This document shows positions 37,301-46,700 of a stretch of 58,460 nt of DNA, in pieces. The DNA comes from a virus (lineage: Duplodnaviria; Caudoviricetes), in the IMG/VR virus record IMGVR_UViG_3300008116_000046, positions 1-58,460 of that record; one strand, given 5' to 3'. The notes beneath the pieces were generated by a model. The model had not been told where the DNA came from, ran no database searches, and was given only the letters and a program-made list of their open reading frames with translations. Within the stretch, counting starts at the first letter, position 1; every line of letters begins with the position of its first letter. The translations under genes and the position numbers were made by a program.

Positions 37301-39185
37301 TATAACTAATCCAGGATCTGGATACTCCCAATCTAATCCTCCTATATTAACTATTGATGACCCTCTACCTTATTCAAATATTCCACTCATTTATTCATCA
37401 CAGTCATCTGGCATAGGAACTCAAGCAAAAATTGATGTTATTGTTGGAAATGGATCCAGTATAATAAATTTTGAAATAAAGAACTTTGGTTATAACTATA
37501 AAAAAGGAGATATTTTAACTATTCCTATTGGTGGTACTATAGGAATTCCTACAGATACAACTAAACAATTTAAAGAATTTAATATTTTTGTTGAAGAAAT
37601 AAGATCCGATAAGTTCTCAGGATGGTTTATTGGTGGAATTAAAGTACTTGATAATATAAGTGGTCTTTTCGATGGGGTTAGAAAAAGATTTCCATTGTCT
37701 ATAGGAAATCAAAGATATTCTTTGATTTCTAACCAAGGATCAAAAATAAACCTTGAAAATAACCTACTAGTGTTCATAAATGATGTTTTGCAAGTTCCTG
37801 GCGAATCTTATAGTTTTACAAAAGGAGATAAAATAATTTTTAATGAAGCACCTAAAGGAAAATCTTCAGATAATGTAATTTCTGGAGATACTTGCAAAAT
37901 TCTTTTCTATACCGGAAATTCTGTTTATGACACAAATACAGTTGATGCTATAGAAACCATTAAAGAGGGCGATGAACTACAACTTTCATACGATATTTTT
38001 TCAAATCAACCACAAAGTTTAGAACAAAATAAAAGAACAATAACTACTTTATACTCAAATTCAGCAGAAACTGAATTATATTTTGGAGAAGGAATTTCAC
38101 AAGATCAAACTCTATATCGCCCAACATTTTGGAGAAAACAAACTGAAGATAAACTTATAGATTTTCTTATTGTTTCTAAAAATAGAGTAACTTATGAACC
38201 TGCAATATATCCAAGCGCATATATTATAAATTCAGTTGGTGTAAATTCAACCACTGTTTATGTTGATAATATAAGACCATTTTTCAATTCCCCCAAAGAA
38301 TCATCTACCGGCAATTTAAATTTCCAATATGAAGTGACTTTATTATCCAATGACACAACAGAATTTGCCAGAGCATCTTCTGTTGTATCTTCAGCAGGAA
38401 CAGTTACTTCAATTAATATTACGGATGCAGGTAGTGGTTATGTGTCTGCACCTTCTGTTATTTTAGAATCCCCAGTTGGTCTAGGAACTACTTTTAGAGC
38501 TTCGGCATCTTCGTCAATTAATGGAGGAAAAATATCAAATATTACAGTGACTTATGGCGGAAGTATGTATGAAACCACAAATCCACCTCAAGTTTTAATT
38601 GAACCACCTTCAATTAAAAAAGAAAAATGTATTGTATCTGATTATTTTGGAGATCATGGAATTATTACGGGTATTGCAACTACATCAATAGTTGGTGTTG
38701 CTGTTACTGGATTGGTATTTGATTTGTTCATACCAAATAATTCTTATCTTAGAAATAGTTCCATAAGTGGAACTGCAACTACTATAAGCGGAATTAAAAC
38801 CGGAGACTATTTCGTTGTTTATAATTCTAAAGTTGGAAATGGAGTAACTTCCTTAAATTCTACAGGAAGCATAGTTGGGGTCGGAACTTCAAGGTTAGAT
38901 AATGTTTATATCGCACGGTCAGTTTCTGTTGGGTCATCTTTTGTTCCTAGTGGAGGACAATCTTCAGTATTAAAAGTTGTAGTCAGTCTAGCGTCGTATA
39001 ATAATCTAACCGGATTAGGATTTAGTGATTTTTATGGAGAGTATAGTTGGGGTAAAATAGATCTACAACAAAGATCTTCTTCCAATGAATATTCCTCATA
39101 TAGAAATAATGGTATCATTGGATTGAGTACTAGTGCGGTTGTTATAAGATCCAATCCACTAAGATATGTTGGGTACGTTACGTAA
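28335..39185 (+). CDS. gp7: Giant baseplate wedge initiator, gp7-like (3616 aa)
   Basis: Between gp6 and gp8; QLPEYI..EFP.F; FYSSKGT..SF..LF; DSFYYQNFSYSIKS...HPKG; repeated beta modules. Confidence 0.8.
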   Translation: MSETRIKFSNIVENQLPEYIKEEFPLFSEFLTQYYISNEYQGSPADLIQNIDRYTKIDNSAENVSDVILKEDISFLDEVITVDLEKNPTGTQGFPKSYGLLQIDDEIITYKETSQDSFIGCVRGFSGIVSYEAEGSSDEVLFKTSLSDTHKSGSKIINLSVLFLNEFLKKTKYQLLPGFEEKNLYSAVNEKLFIKQGHDFYSSKGTDESFNILFKCLYGQSVKIIRPKDYLFKPSDAQYNVTYDFVVESIDGNPLDLVNSTLYQDEYEYGNYAKSYAPITSVETLITKSGEKYYKLSVDAGYSRDISVDGSVYGEFSIHPKTKVIDDHSELSDVITVDSTLGFPKNGHLSVEYTDGTSGIVSYTSKSVNQFYGCFSVNGSSIGSISNGSKVSINTFAYGSSLNSEVIKVKINSILNQVELKNNPDNFYHNPNTKISVKSLGFNEDNNFAFNNWIFNTSPTYNNCSVELTNSQEKKYTITTKSNNIIRKGDFVEIKNINSNVKVDEVFNKTSFSIKGIDLSPNVLYSIRRKISKVNIQSSKYSNLLKISSDVQNIYEKDNQLIVATNSLPKYEDLPLSTNDFSVTGNFIGISTIQIEGGHYFESGDIVYFTPANNEKAQNLLEEGIYFVNRQNDTQINLGKSRSSIYKSDFVELNLDENSTYDDADGCKIEFFNFASKSLNAQKLLRVIPTPTNDSNDYESFPGAIGILINGTEIFNYKSTDKIYYGQIESIEILSSENDYDVINPPILKVEDSLGSGVSGYCSVEGILADIEVIDPGFDYVETPIISITGGNGTGANAVANIKLVDHEVLFDAQKNVTTGNSTASKIGFSTYHKFRNGERVIYKTNGYSSVGGISTNASYYVSVKSPTEIQLHSNIEQFNSGIAISFTSLGVGEHKILAYDKKITVGSISIIDPGSGYQNKKRTTSSSGISTFSGYGAIFIENHGYESGEILKYSVEGTAISGLSTNKEYFITKLNEDRFTLSEVGVGITEKDFYYKSAQYIKFNSVGVGTHIFNYPEINVSVIGEIGVSTVGGSITKDVFKSRVNPKFRGKVSSIHLNNKGTNYGSPDILNFNRLPEISLESGSGAVLSPIIKEGRIVDVSIISSGQDYNSSPVISVIGDGIGAVLNPIVSGGSIISVKVIESGFGYSQSGTQITVLANGSGAKLYPKIQTWTINLVERFLKSFSQLDDGALFKSISKEDELQYGHLYYPRKFKEILNDNTNPNILSHSPLIGWAYDGNPIYGPYGYNKKNGSGGIVQLNSGYLLKTSAQNNRPEFPLGFFIEDYEYKNKNDENCLDEYNGRFCITPEFPLGVYAYFSTLDLTTSSEFNGYKKPKFPYFVGNFYRSKPNGFNFVSGSTQEKLDLNEIECLRNTNSYGLDDKNIIYEYLNTQDYKIQFSEVKSISPGYIEKVEILNSGENYRVGDNIIFDNQGTSGYNAAAKVSKVFGKAIQNISVTTTSVSNVEFYPDFRNNSFLGIFKDPHQFKDDEVVTISGLSTTTYTFDGLHLIEVPSNFLVLRENVGSVSSTGIVTYFSVSGNIDNFKSNDILGIGTEKVRVLNADNLSSRIRVLRSVYGTVGSAHSALEVLEEKSRKIIFQNQYSPKFEYKLNDELYFNPKDSLGLGVGIGYTLNFSNPGSGATTLLIPSKSVYFPNHGLKTGDELIYSSNGGSTIQVSINGSSNFSLSNNTKLFVAKISDDIIGVSTVKVGIGSTGGFVGITSATKNSTTLYFSGIGTGTNHSFKTNYEKIYGTVSKNVVTVSTSSTHGLTTNDIVSIDVNPKTSTSVIVKYDDQKRRVIINPKNFISSGVSTLNSTITIDDHRFVTGQKIIYKTDTSTQNLTNNEIYYILVLDENTIKLCDSYYDSISPDPKTIKITSVSNGSISPINPLIKLYKESDVTFDLSDSSLAYTANNNQYSAFKFELYTDPYFKNVFNKTEEYEEFNIIQEGTVGISQNAKVILNIKSDFPDKLYYRLVPVFTDGIVYPENKREIIVDNLLIESNNTLDLLRSGYIGNYPVFVGVGSTSSFEYLLPNKPEVVSYSSTISSLSYSTNSISAFGPISEIKVVDPGKNYYSLPRISKINSINGKDALLEGFSESIGKIKGYKINNIGFDFSSDTTLVPKNYPILVVKLESLYSIDTITVSSFGINYNTPPKLLAIDSKTNEVIQDLDLEYSLNNTVVKIVKNTSTLSGLIPKIIPIENNNGFKINSIEFNSTTKLVTITFPYTGDFPFSLNDKILIENAKVSDSESKGYNSENYNYELFTIEQLTVDVGLGQGTLTYSLKDYLESGEDPGVFDNINSVGRIIPEKYFPSFTITLKRGQYLVGENIKSESSQEKEGYVSDWDEYSGLLTISNPTKEFQIGEVIQGESTGAKSKILNIYKTDSTTNISSKTKLNKGWKQNSGFLNDDIQKIQDSFYYQNFSYSIKSKVDYDTWKDSVLTLNHPKGFKVFSDYQLESTQYAGISTTKPSDLSVTLDIFSKSDFNTYYFDLSSENIFNIDSKLVSNEIIFKNKVVQDYILSFGNKVLSIDDISSQFDSSDNVSKKDFILTSNDYPIFKRVFKGNDQSIVDTTSDTIEIENHFFVTGEKISYFNGTNSVSNSIGIASTYFGVGIGTTNKLPNELYVVKIDDNKIKISRNAEDALNSTPKTLDITSVGIGTTHYFSCFNQNSRVLISIDGIIQSPITITSVKSSLSQNISISTDFVYATGISSFFNGDFIKIDDEIMKINSVGIGSTNLIKVDRSLLGTDPESHSQGSIITKIIGNYNINENTINFASPPLSLVDPLDAFLTQKSKFHGRSFIKSGNPDQNKDTYSNNYIFDDISDSFTGISSGFILKNNQTNVSGISTDNIMLLINNIPQIPSITTNEITLTNNYYLSEGSGVTTVFFVGSNNIPNQTDINTGNLPTKGVIVSVGSSDSLGYQPLVSAGGTVIVSISGTISSVSIGNSGSGYRSGIQSPIRVGVITQYEQDNKITYIGIATVSKGNIVGVSITNPGSGYSQSNPPILTIDDPLPYSNIPLIYSSQSSGIGTQAKIDVIVGNGSSIINFEIKNFGYNYKKGDILTIPIGGTIGIPTDTTKQFKEFNIFVEEIRSDKFSGWFIGGIKVLDNISGLFDGVRKRFPLSIGNQRYSLISNQGSKINLENNLLVFINDVLQVPGESYSFTKGDKIIFNEAPKGKSSDNVISGDTCKILFYTGNSVYDTNTVDAIETIKEGDELQLSYDIFSNQPQSLEQNKRTITTLYSNSAETELYFGEGISQDQTLYRPTFWRKQTEDKLIDFLIVSKNRVTYEPAIYPSAYIINSVGVNSTTVYVDNIRPFFNSPKESSTGNLNFQYEVTLLSNDTTEFARASSVVSSAGTVTSINITDAGSGYVSAPSVILESPVGLGTTFRASASSSINGGKISNITVTYGGSMYETTNPPQVLIEPPSIKKEKCIVSDYFGDHGIITGIATTSIVGVAVTGLVFDLFIPNNSYLRNSSISGTATTISGIKTGDYFVVYNSKVGNGVTSLNSTGSIVGVGTSRLDNVYIARSVSVGSSFVPSGGQSSVLKVVVSLASYNNLTGLGFSDFYGEYSWGKIDLQQRSSSNEYSSYRNNGIIGLSTSAVVIRSNPLRYVGYVT

Positions 39186-39213
39186 TAAATAAATAAATAA
39201 AACCTCATAAAAA

Positions 39214-40764
39214 ATGTCGGCAATTATAACTGATCAATTTAGAATATTAAATGCTAAAAATTTTTTGAGTTCAATTTCTTCCACTCAAGATTCATACTAT
39301 ACCTTTGTAGGTCTACCAAACCCATCAGAGGTATTATCTACTTGGGATTCAGATCCCCCTTCCCACAAAGATAGTTTTAATGATGAGAATATTTGTTGGG
39401 AAACAATGATCTCATTGAAAAAAATTAATAGTAATGATGTTAGATTAGTAATACCAAAAATAACTTGGTCTTCTGGAAGAGTTTATGATTATTATAGACA
39501 TGATTATACAATTTCAAATCGTCCTGAAATATCAGATTCTTCTACTTTATATACTTCATTTTTTTACGTATTAAATAGCGATTATCGTGTCTATATTTGC
39601 CTAGAGAACGGGACAAATCCAGAAAATGAAAAAGGGAAACCCTCATTAGATGAACCAACATTTGTAGACTTAGAACCAAGACCAGCCGGATCTAGTAATG
39701 ATGGGTATATTTGGAAATATTTGTATACAATAAAACCTTCAGATATTGTAAAATTCGAATCCACAGATTATATACCAGTTCCTTCGGATTGGGAATCAAA
39801 TGTAGAAAATGCTGCGATTAAGAATAATTCAACAGATGGGTCAATTAAAACTATAATTATAACAAATAGAGGTGTCTCTGTAGGATCTGGAAATCAAATT
39901 TACAAAAATGTTCCTATAAAAGGAGATGGAACTGGGGCAGAATGCACAATAGTAACTAATTCAGAACAAAAAGTAGAATCAATAACAATAACAAATCAAG
40001 GATCAGGATATACCTTTGGCAGTGTTGATTTAATTGCGGGTGGAATAACCACTTTTGATACTAGACCGACATTTGACGTTATAATTCCACCTAAAGGAGG
40101 TCATGGATTTGATATTTACAGAGAATTGGGGGCATTTAATGTATTAATTTATTCTAGATTGGAAAATGATGTTCAAAATCCAGATTTTATAACAGGAAAC
40201 CAAATTGCAAGAGTTGGAATTATTAACAGACCAAGAGCATCTAATGGTTCTATATTATCATCAGATAAGGCAAGTGCTACTTACGCATTAAAATTAACCG
40301 GTTCTTCATACAATACCGCATCTTTTACTCCAGATTCTGTAATAACGCAAACAATAGGAACCGGAGTTACTGCAGCAGGAAGAGTAGTTAGTTACGATCA
40401 AAACACGGGTGTTTTAAAATACTGGCAAGATAGATCTATAGCAGGAATTAACACTGACGGTTCTCAACAAACAAATCCCATATATGGATTTAATTTGAAC
40501 GAATTTACAAGTTCAATATCATCTGGAGGTAGTTTAACAATTACTGGAAATACTGGAGGAACTTTGAATATTGATTCTGGATTTACTGGCATAGATACAA
40601 CAATAAATAATAAAAAATACTATTTGGGACAAAGTTTTGTTGGCGGAGTTGCTCAACCAGAAGTTCAAAAATATTCTGGAAATATAATTTATGTTGATAA
40701 TAGGCCATCTATTACCAGATCAACAAATCAAAAAGAAGATATTAAAGTCATTTTGCAGTTTTAA
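39214..40764 (+). CDS. gp8: Baseplate wedge subunit gp8
   Basis: MSAIITDQFRI.NA; YRVYICL.N; DGYIWKYLYTI; QKEDIKVILQF; late promoter at 39184. Confidence 0.92.
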   Translation: MSAIITDQFRILNAKNFLSSISSTQDSYYTFVGLPNPSEVLSTWDSDPPSHKDSFNDENICWETMISLKKINSNDVRLVIPKITWSSGRVYDYYRHDYTISNRPEISDSSTLYTSFFYVLNSDYRVYICLENGTNPENEKGKPSLDEPTFVDLEPRPAGSSNDGYIWKYLYTIKPSDIVKFESTDYIPVPSDWESNVENAAIKNNSTDGSIKTIIITNRGVSVGSGNQIYKNVPIKGDGTGAECTIVTNSEQKVESITITNQGSGYTFGSVDLIAGGITTFDTRPTFDVIIPPKGGHGFDIYRELGAFNVLIYSRLENDVQNPDFITGNQIARVGIINRPRASNGSILSSDKASATYALKLTGSSYNTASFTPDSVITQTIGTGVTAAGRVVSYDQNTGVLKYWQDRSIAGINTDGSQQTNPIYGFNLNEFTSSISSGGSLTITGNTGGTLNIDSGFTGIDTTINNKKYYLGQSFVGGVAQPEVQKYSGNIIYVDNRPSITRSTNQKEDIKVILQF

Positions 40765-40770
40765 CGAATC

Positions 40771-43700
40771 ATGTCACAACAAACAAATTTAAATGTATCC
40801 CCATATTTTGATGATTTTGACGCAAACAATGACTATTATAAAGTCCTATTTAAACCAGGATATCCCGTACAGGCGAGAGAATTAACCACACTCCAATCAA
40901 TTCTACAAAACCAAATAGAAAAATTTGGGCAGCATTTCTTTAAAGATGGCGCAAAGGTAATCCCTGGAAATACTTTTTATAATAACTTTTATGAATGCGT
41001 AGAATTAGAAAATACTTATTTGGGAATCCCAGTATCTTCTTATGCAGATCAATTGGTAGGTTCTACAATAACAGGTCTAACTTCTGGAATAACTGCTGTA
41101 GTAAACCAAGTTTTACTTCCCCAAAATTCTGAAAGAGGAAACTTAACATTATACCTCAATTATCTCCAATCCAGTACAGTTGGGTCTGGAACTAGATTTG
41201 TTGAAGGAGAACAACTCTCTTCAAATAATATTGTAATTTCTCAATTACTAGGAACTTCTAATATTCCAGTAGGAGAACCGTTTGGGATAACTGTCTCTAG
41301 AAATTGTACCTCAACAGGATCTTCATTTTCTGTCAACGATGGTATATATTTTATTAGGGGACATTTTGTAAGGGTAAGTAAAGAAACCTTGATATTGGAT
41401 CAATATTCATTTACCCCCAACTATAGAATTGGTTTTTTTGTAAATGAGCAAATTATAAACTCAGATTTAGACGAAGAATTAAATGATAATTCTCAAGGAT
41501 TTAATAATTATTCTTCTCCAGGTGCAGATAGATTAAAAATCACTGTTTCTTTATTTAAAAAAAGTTTAGATGACTTTGAGGATACTAATTTCATTGAATT
41601 AGCAAGAGTAAGATCTGGTGTTATTAAATACTCTTCTGATAAGTATACTCAATACAGTGGTTTGGCAGAAGAATTTGCCAGAAGAACATATGATGAATCT
41701 GGAGATTATTATATAAAACCTTTTGATGTTGTTTTGAAAAATTCATTAAATGATAAACTTGGTAATAGTGGAATATTCAATTCCACCGATTTAACTGATG
41801 GTGGATCAGTGCCTTCAGATGATCTTGCTTTATATCAAATTTCTCCCGGAAAAGCATATGTAAGAGGTTATGAACTCGAAGTCATAAGCAGTTCTCTTAT
41901 TGATGTCCCTAAACCAAGAGAAACAAAAACACTAGAAAATCAAACTATCGTATATAATACCGGACCAACATTTAAACTAAATAGAGTTTATGGTTCTCCG
42001 AAAGTTGGAATTGGAAATAATTATGTCCTTAGTCTCAGAGATTCTAGAGTTGGTAACACAGGAATAACTTCAGAAGGAAAAGAAATTGGTGTTGCGCGAG
42101 TATATGATTTTAGACTAGAATCTGGATCATATGACAGCAATAACCCCAACCTCAATGAATGGAATATATCATTATATGATATTCAAACAACTACAGAAAT
42201 AACTTTAAATGAAGCAATAACATTAAGTACTCCTACTTTTGTTAAAGGGAAGAATAGTGGAGCTACTGGATTCTTAAAAACCTCCGTAAGTAATAGTACT
42301 TTAATGGTTCTCTATCAAACAACAGGAGAATTTTCAAATTTTGAGACTCTGATTTTTGATGGAGATGAGACAATCAGCAGAATTTGTAGGAATGTAATTT
42401 CATATGGAATTTCTGATGTTAGATCAGTATATGGAACAGTAGGAACAGGAAAGACTTTCTCTGCTGATGTCATCCAAACAACCAAATTTAATGTTGGAAT
42501 TGCTAGCATAGTACCAAACAATTCTTCTATTATCATTACAAGTACAAATCCTCTTTTCTCTGGAAAAAATGTAAAGGTTGGAGAAATAATAAAATATACA
42601 AATCCACAAAAGTTGTCTTTGCCTTATTATGCAAAAGTCAGTGGGATTAATACTGCATCCATAGAAGCGGTAGGAGTTACTTCCGTATCAAATTTTATAG
42701 AAGGTGGTATCCCATCAAGTAACATTATTGTGAATGATTTAGAAATATTAACAACTTCTTTAGTATCATCACAAGATAATACTTTATACTCAAAATTATC
42801 AAAAAGTAATATTTCCAATGTTGATTTAACAAATTCTACATTAACAATTAGAAAAAGTTTTGATAATCAAATAATAACTTCAGATAAATTGATAGTTTCT
42901 TTAAGTGATCCAGACGAATCATTTTTGCCATTTGATGAAGAAAGATATACTTTAACAAATTCAAATGGAACTATACAAACATTGACTAAAGATAAGTTTT
43001 CTATTAATGGAAATACTTTAACAATTAGTAATATTTCATTTGATTTGGGTGGATCTACTTTAGTTGCTACTATTAGAAAAAGCAAACCAAAAGAAAAAAT
43101 CAAAAAGAAAAATAGAATCAATTATACAATTATTGACAAGTCAATACTAGAAGGTTCTGGTACTGGACAAGATACAATAAACAATGGACTAGTGTATGGA
43201 AATTATCCTTATGGAACAAGAGTTGAGGATGATCTAATTTCTCTAAATTATCCAGATGTAATTGAAATTCATGCAATATTTGAATCTAAGGGAACTTCCG
43301 CTGCCAATTCCCCATCATTGTTACTTTCTTCAATAGGAAGTCAGAGTGGAAAAACTTCGGATCTAATAATCGGAGAGAAAATTATAGGCGAGTCTAGTGG
43401 ATCGGTTGCAATTTTAGTAGAAAGAAAAACAGATTCTGAAATTAGATATATTTCAAAAAATAATATTTCGTTCAGAATTGGAGAAACCTTATTGTTTGAA
43501 GAGTCTAACATTAAGTGTATTTTAGCATCTTCGGATTCTGATAGTAATGACATTACTACTCATTACTCATTCAATTCTGGACAAAGATCAACTTTCTATG
43601 ATTACTCTACTGTAGTAAAGAAATCTAACTTTAATTCTCCAACCAGACAATTAAAAATATATTTTTCCAATGCATATTATGATTCTTCAGATGAAGGAGA

Positions 43701-46700
43701 TATAACAACAAGAAACTCTTATTTTGAATGTGATTATTCAAAAGAAATAGCAGTCGTTGACAATACTAGAGTGACTGATATTATTGATATTAGACCAAGA
43801 GTTTCTCCTTATACTGCAACAATTGATACTAGATCTCCACTAGAATTTTATGGAAGATCATTTACTACATCCGAAAATTCTTCTAAAAATTCTTTAGCAT
43901 CTGATGAATCTATTGTATTAAATGACTCTTTCTATCTCGGAAGAGTAGATACTATCTATTTGAGCAAAAATGGAACTTTACAAACAAAGTTAGGAGCATC
44001 TGCAGAAAATCCAGAAAGACCAGTTCCAATAGATGATTCTTTAGAAATCGCGACTATTAATTTACCACCATATCTTTACAATGCTTCAGATGCAGTTATA
44101 AATCTCACTGAACATAAAAGATATCGAATGCATGATATTAAAGTGTTGGAAGATAGAATAAGAAATCTAGAATACTATACAAGCCTTTCTCTTCTTGAAT
44201 CAAAAACTTCAAATCTTTTAATTCAAGATTCTAACGGATTGAATAAATTTAAATCTGGATTCTTTGTAGATAATTTTTCTGACGATAAGGCACCTATTCA
44301 AGATCTTTCATTTGGAAGAAATAACTCTATAGATCCATCATCACAAGAATTAAGACCCAACATAGATACACAAAATATCAATTTACTTCCATTTAATGAT
44401 AAAATAATTTCCGTAGATGATGATAACTCCATAGAAGGAGAAAATGTAGTTATTAATGATGGTATTATCACATTAAGATACACGGATACTATATGGAGAA
44501 GTCAAGATATAGCTACTAGGACAGAAAGTGTAACGCCTTTTATCTTAAATTACTGGAAAGGATCAATAGAACTTACTCCATCAACAGATACTTGGTTTGA
44601 TTCCCCAGTACTATTGGAAGCAGAAAACTTTATTGCTGATGTTGGAGATGCCGATTTATACAAAAAAGTGTATAATCTAAATGAATCTGGGGCATTAGTT
44701 ACTTATAATAATTGGCAAACTACATGGTCAGGAACTCCTGATAGAAAGACTGAAGAGAATAAAACCAATTTAAGGCAAGTGACTTATCAGGGATGGACCA
44801 CAAATACTAGAATATACAATGAAAAAACTATTACTACTTTTGAAACTGGAACCACTTCAAGAACAGGGACTAAAATTTCACTAGATCCTTCTATCGGATC
44901 TCCAATAAGTGTAGGACAAAGAGTGGTTAAAAGGGATAATTCCCAATTTATAAGGTCTAGAAATATTCAATTTGAAGGAAAGGGACTTCTTCCAGGAACG
45001 GAAGTAAAGGCATATTTTGATGGTGTTGATGTTACAAATAATTGTTTTCCAAAATTACTTGAAATAGAAATGGTTTCTGGTACAGGAAAGTTCCAGATTG
45101 GAGAAAATATCATTGCTAGTTTTAATAATGGCACTACTTTGCAGCATAATGCAACATTAAGAGCTTGTCATCCAAGACATAAATCTGGTCCTCATGCAAT
45201 TATAAATGAAAATGATTTTAAAACTTACTTCAAAATTAATCCCTACACAAATGTAGAAATTCCAAACAATTATAGCGAGACATCTGATATTTTAAACATA
45301 GATACTTATCTTTTATCAGATACATCTTCTTCGAGTTATGGTGGAATTGTTTTCCCTAATATGATTCTAGAAGGTGCTACTTCTAAGGCAAAAGCTAAAG
45401 TTCTTCGTACAAGATTGAAAGTAGATTACAGTTCCGTTGTTATGGGTAGTTTCTTTATATACCCAGCAAAAGACTCATTGGTTAAATTTGGCACAGGAAC
45501 AAAGACATTTAAATTGTCAGATCAATCCTCAACAGATGCGCAAGAAAACTTTACTGCAAGTGGATTTGTAGAAACTATCCAACCTACCACAATTTCAGTA
45601 AGAACCTATAAATTAGCATCAAGGGAAATATTAGAAACTGGGCAAACTCAAGAAAGAGTTCTTAAAACAGATATAACCCAAGAAACTGTATCTAGAACTT
45701 CTGTCGATAATACCCCACCGCCTCCACCACCGCCATCATATAGTTATAGTCCCCCTCCACAACCAGCGGCACCTGCAGCACCTGCAGCACCTGCAGCACC
45801 CGCAGCACCCGCAGCACCCGCAGCACCAACACAAATAAACTATGATGGACCAGTTTATGCTCAAGGTGCTCAGCAAAGATTAGTAGAGGCAGCAGCTGCT
45901 GTTGGATTAACTGGAGGACTAAGAAGTGTAGCAGAACAACTTGGAATTAACAACTTTGAAAGAGGTGGAGGAGGAAATGTATCCAAAGAATTGGGAGATA
46001 AAATTACAAATAGACTTGTAGGGAAAGGAGCAAATATTTGTGCGAGAGATCCTTTAGCTCAATCATTTACTGTAGGTTCAAAGGGAGTATTTTTGAGTAA
46101 GTGTGTTATTTACTTCAATTCCAAGCCATCAACTGATGGTCTTACTGTAGATTTTGAACTTAGATCTATGTCAAATGGATACGTATCCAGCGGTCCAAAA
46201 CCATCAGATTATATTTTAGATGGTTCTCAAATTTCAAAATTACCATCTGAAGTTAATATTTCAAATGATGGTTCAGTAGGAACTGAATTTAGATTCAAGC
46301 ATCCCATTTATTTGGAGGGAAATAAAGAATACGCGATAGTTTTATTATCACAATCTCCAGATTATTCGGTATTTATTTCAAGAGTTAATGAAACTGATTT
46401 AATTACAAATTCATTTGTATCAAATCAAGAAGATTTTGGATCCTTGTTCAAATCCCAAAATTCAACAACTTGGGAACCAAGTCAATGGGAAGATTTAAAA
46501 TATCAACTTTGGAGAGCAGATTTTGTTAGATCTGGTTTTGTTAATTTCTATAATCCAAAACTAACTAATGAGACTTTAAATTATTCTAAAAAATTATTCC
46601 CAGATTCAGTTATACTAAATTCCAGAAAGCTTAGAATTGGATTAGCATCATCTCTACCAAGCAATTCGGGACTAGTAATAGGAAACACTATTTTACAATC

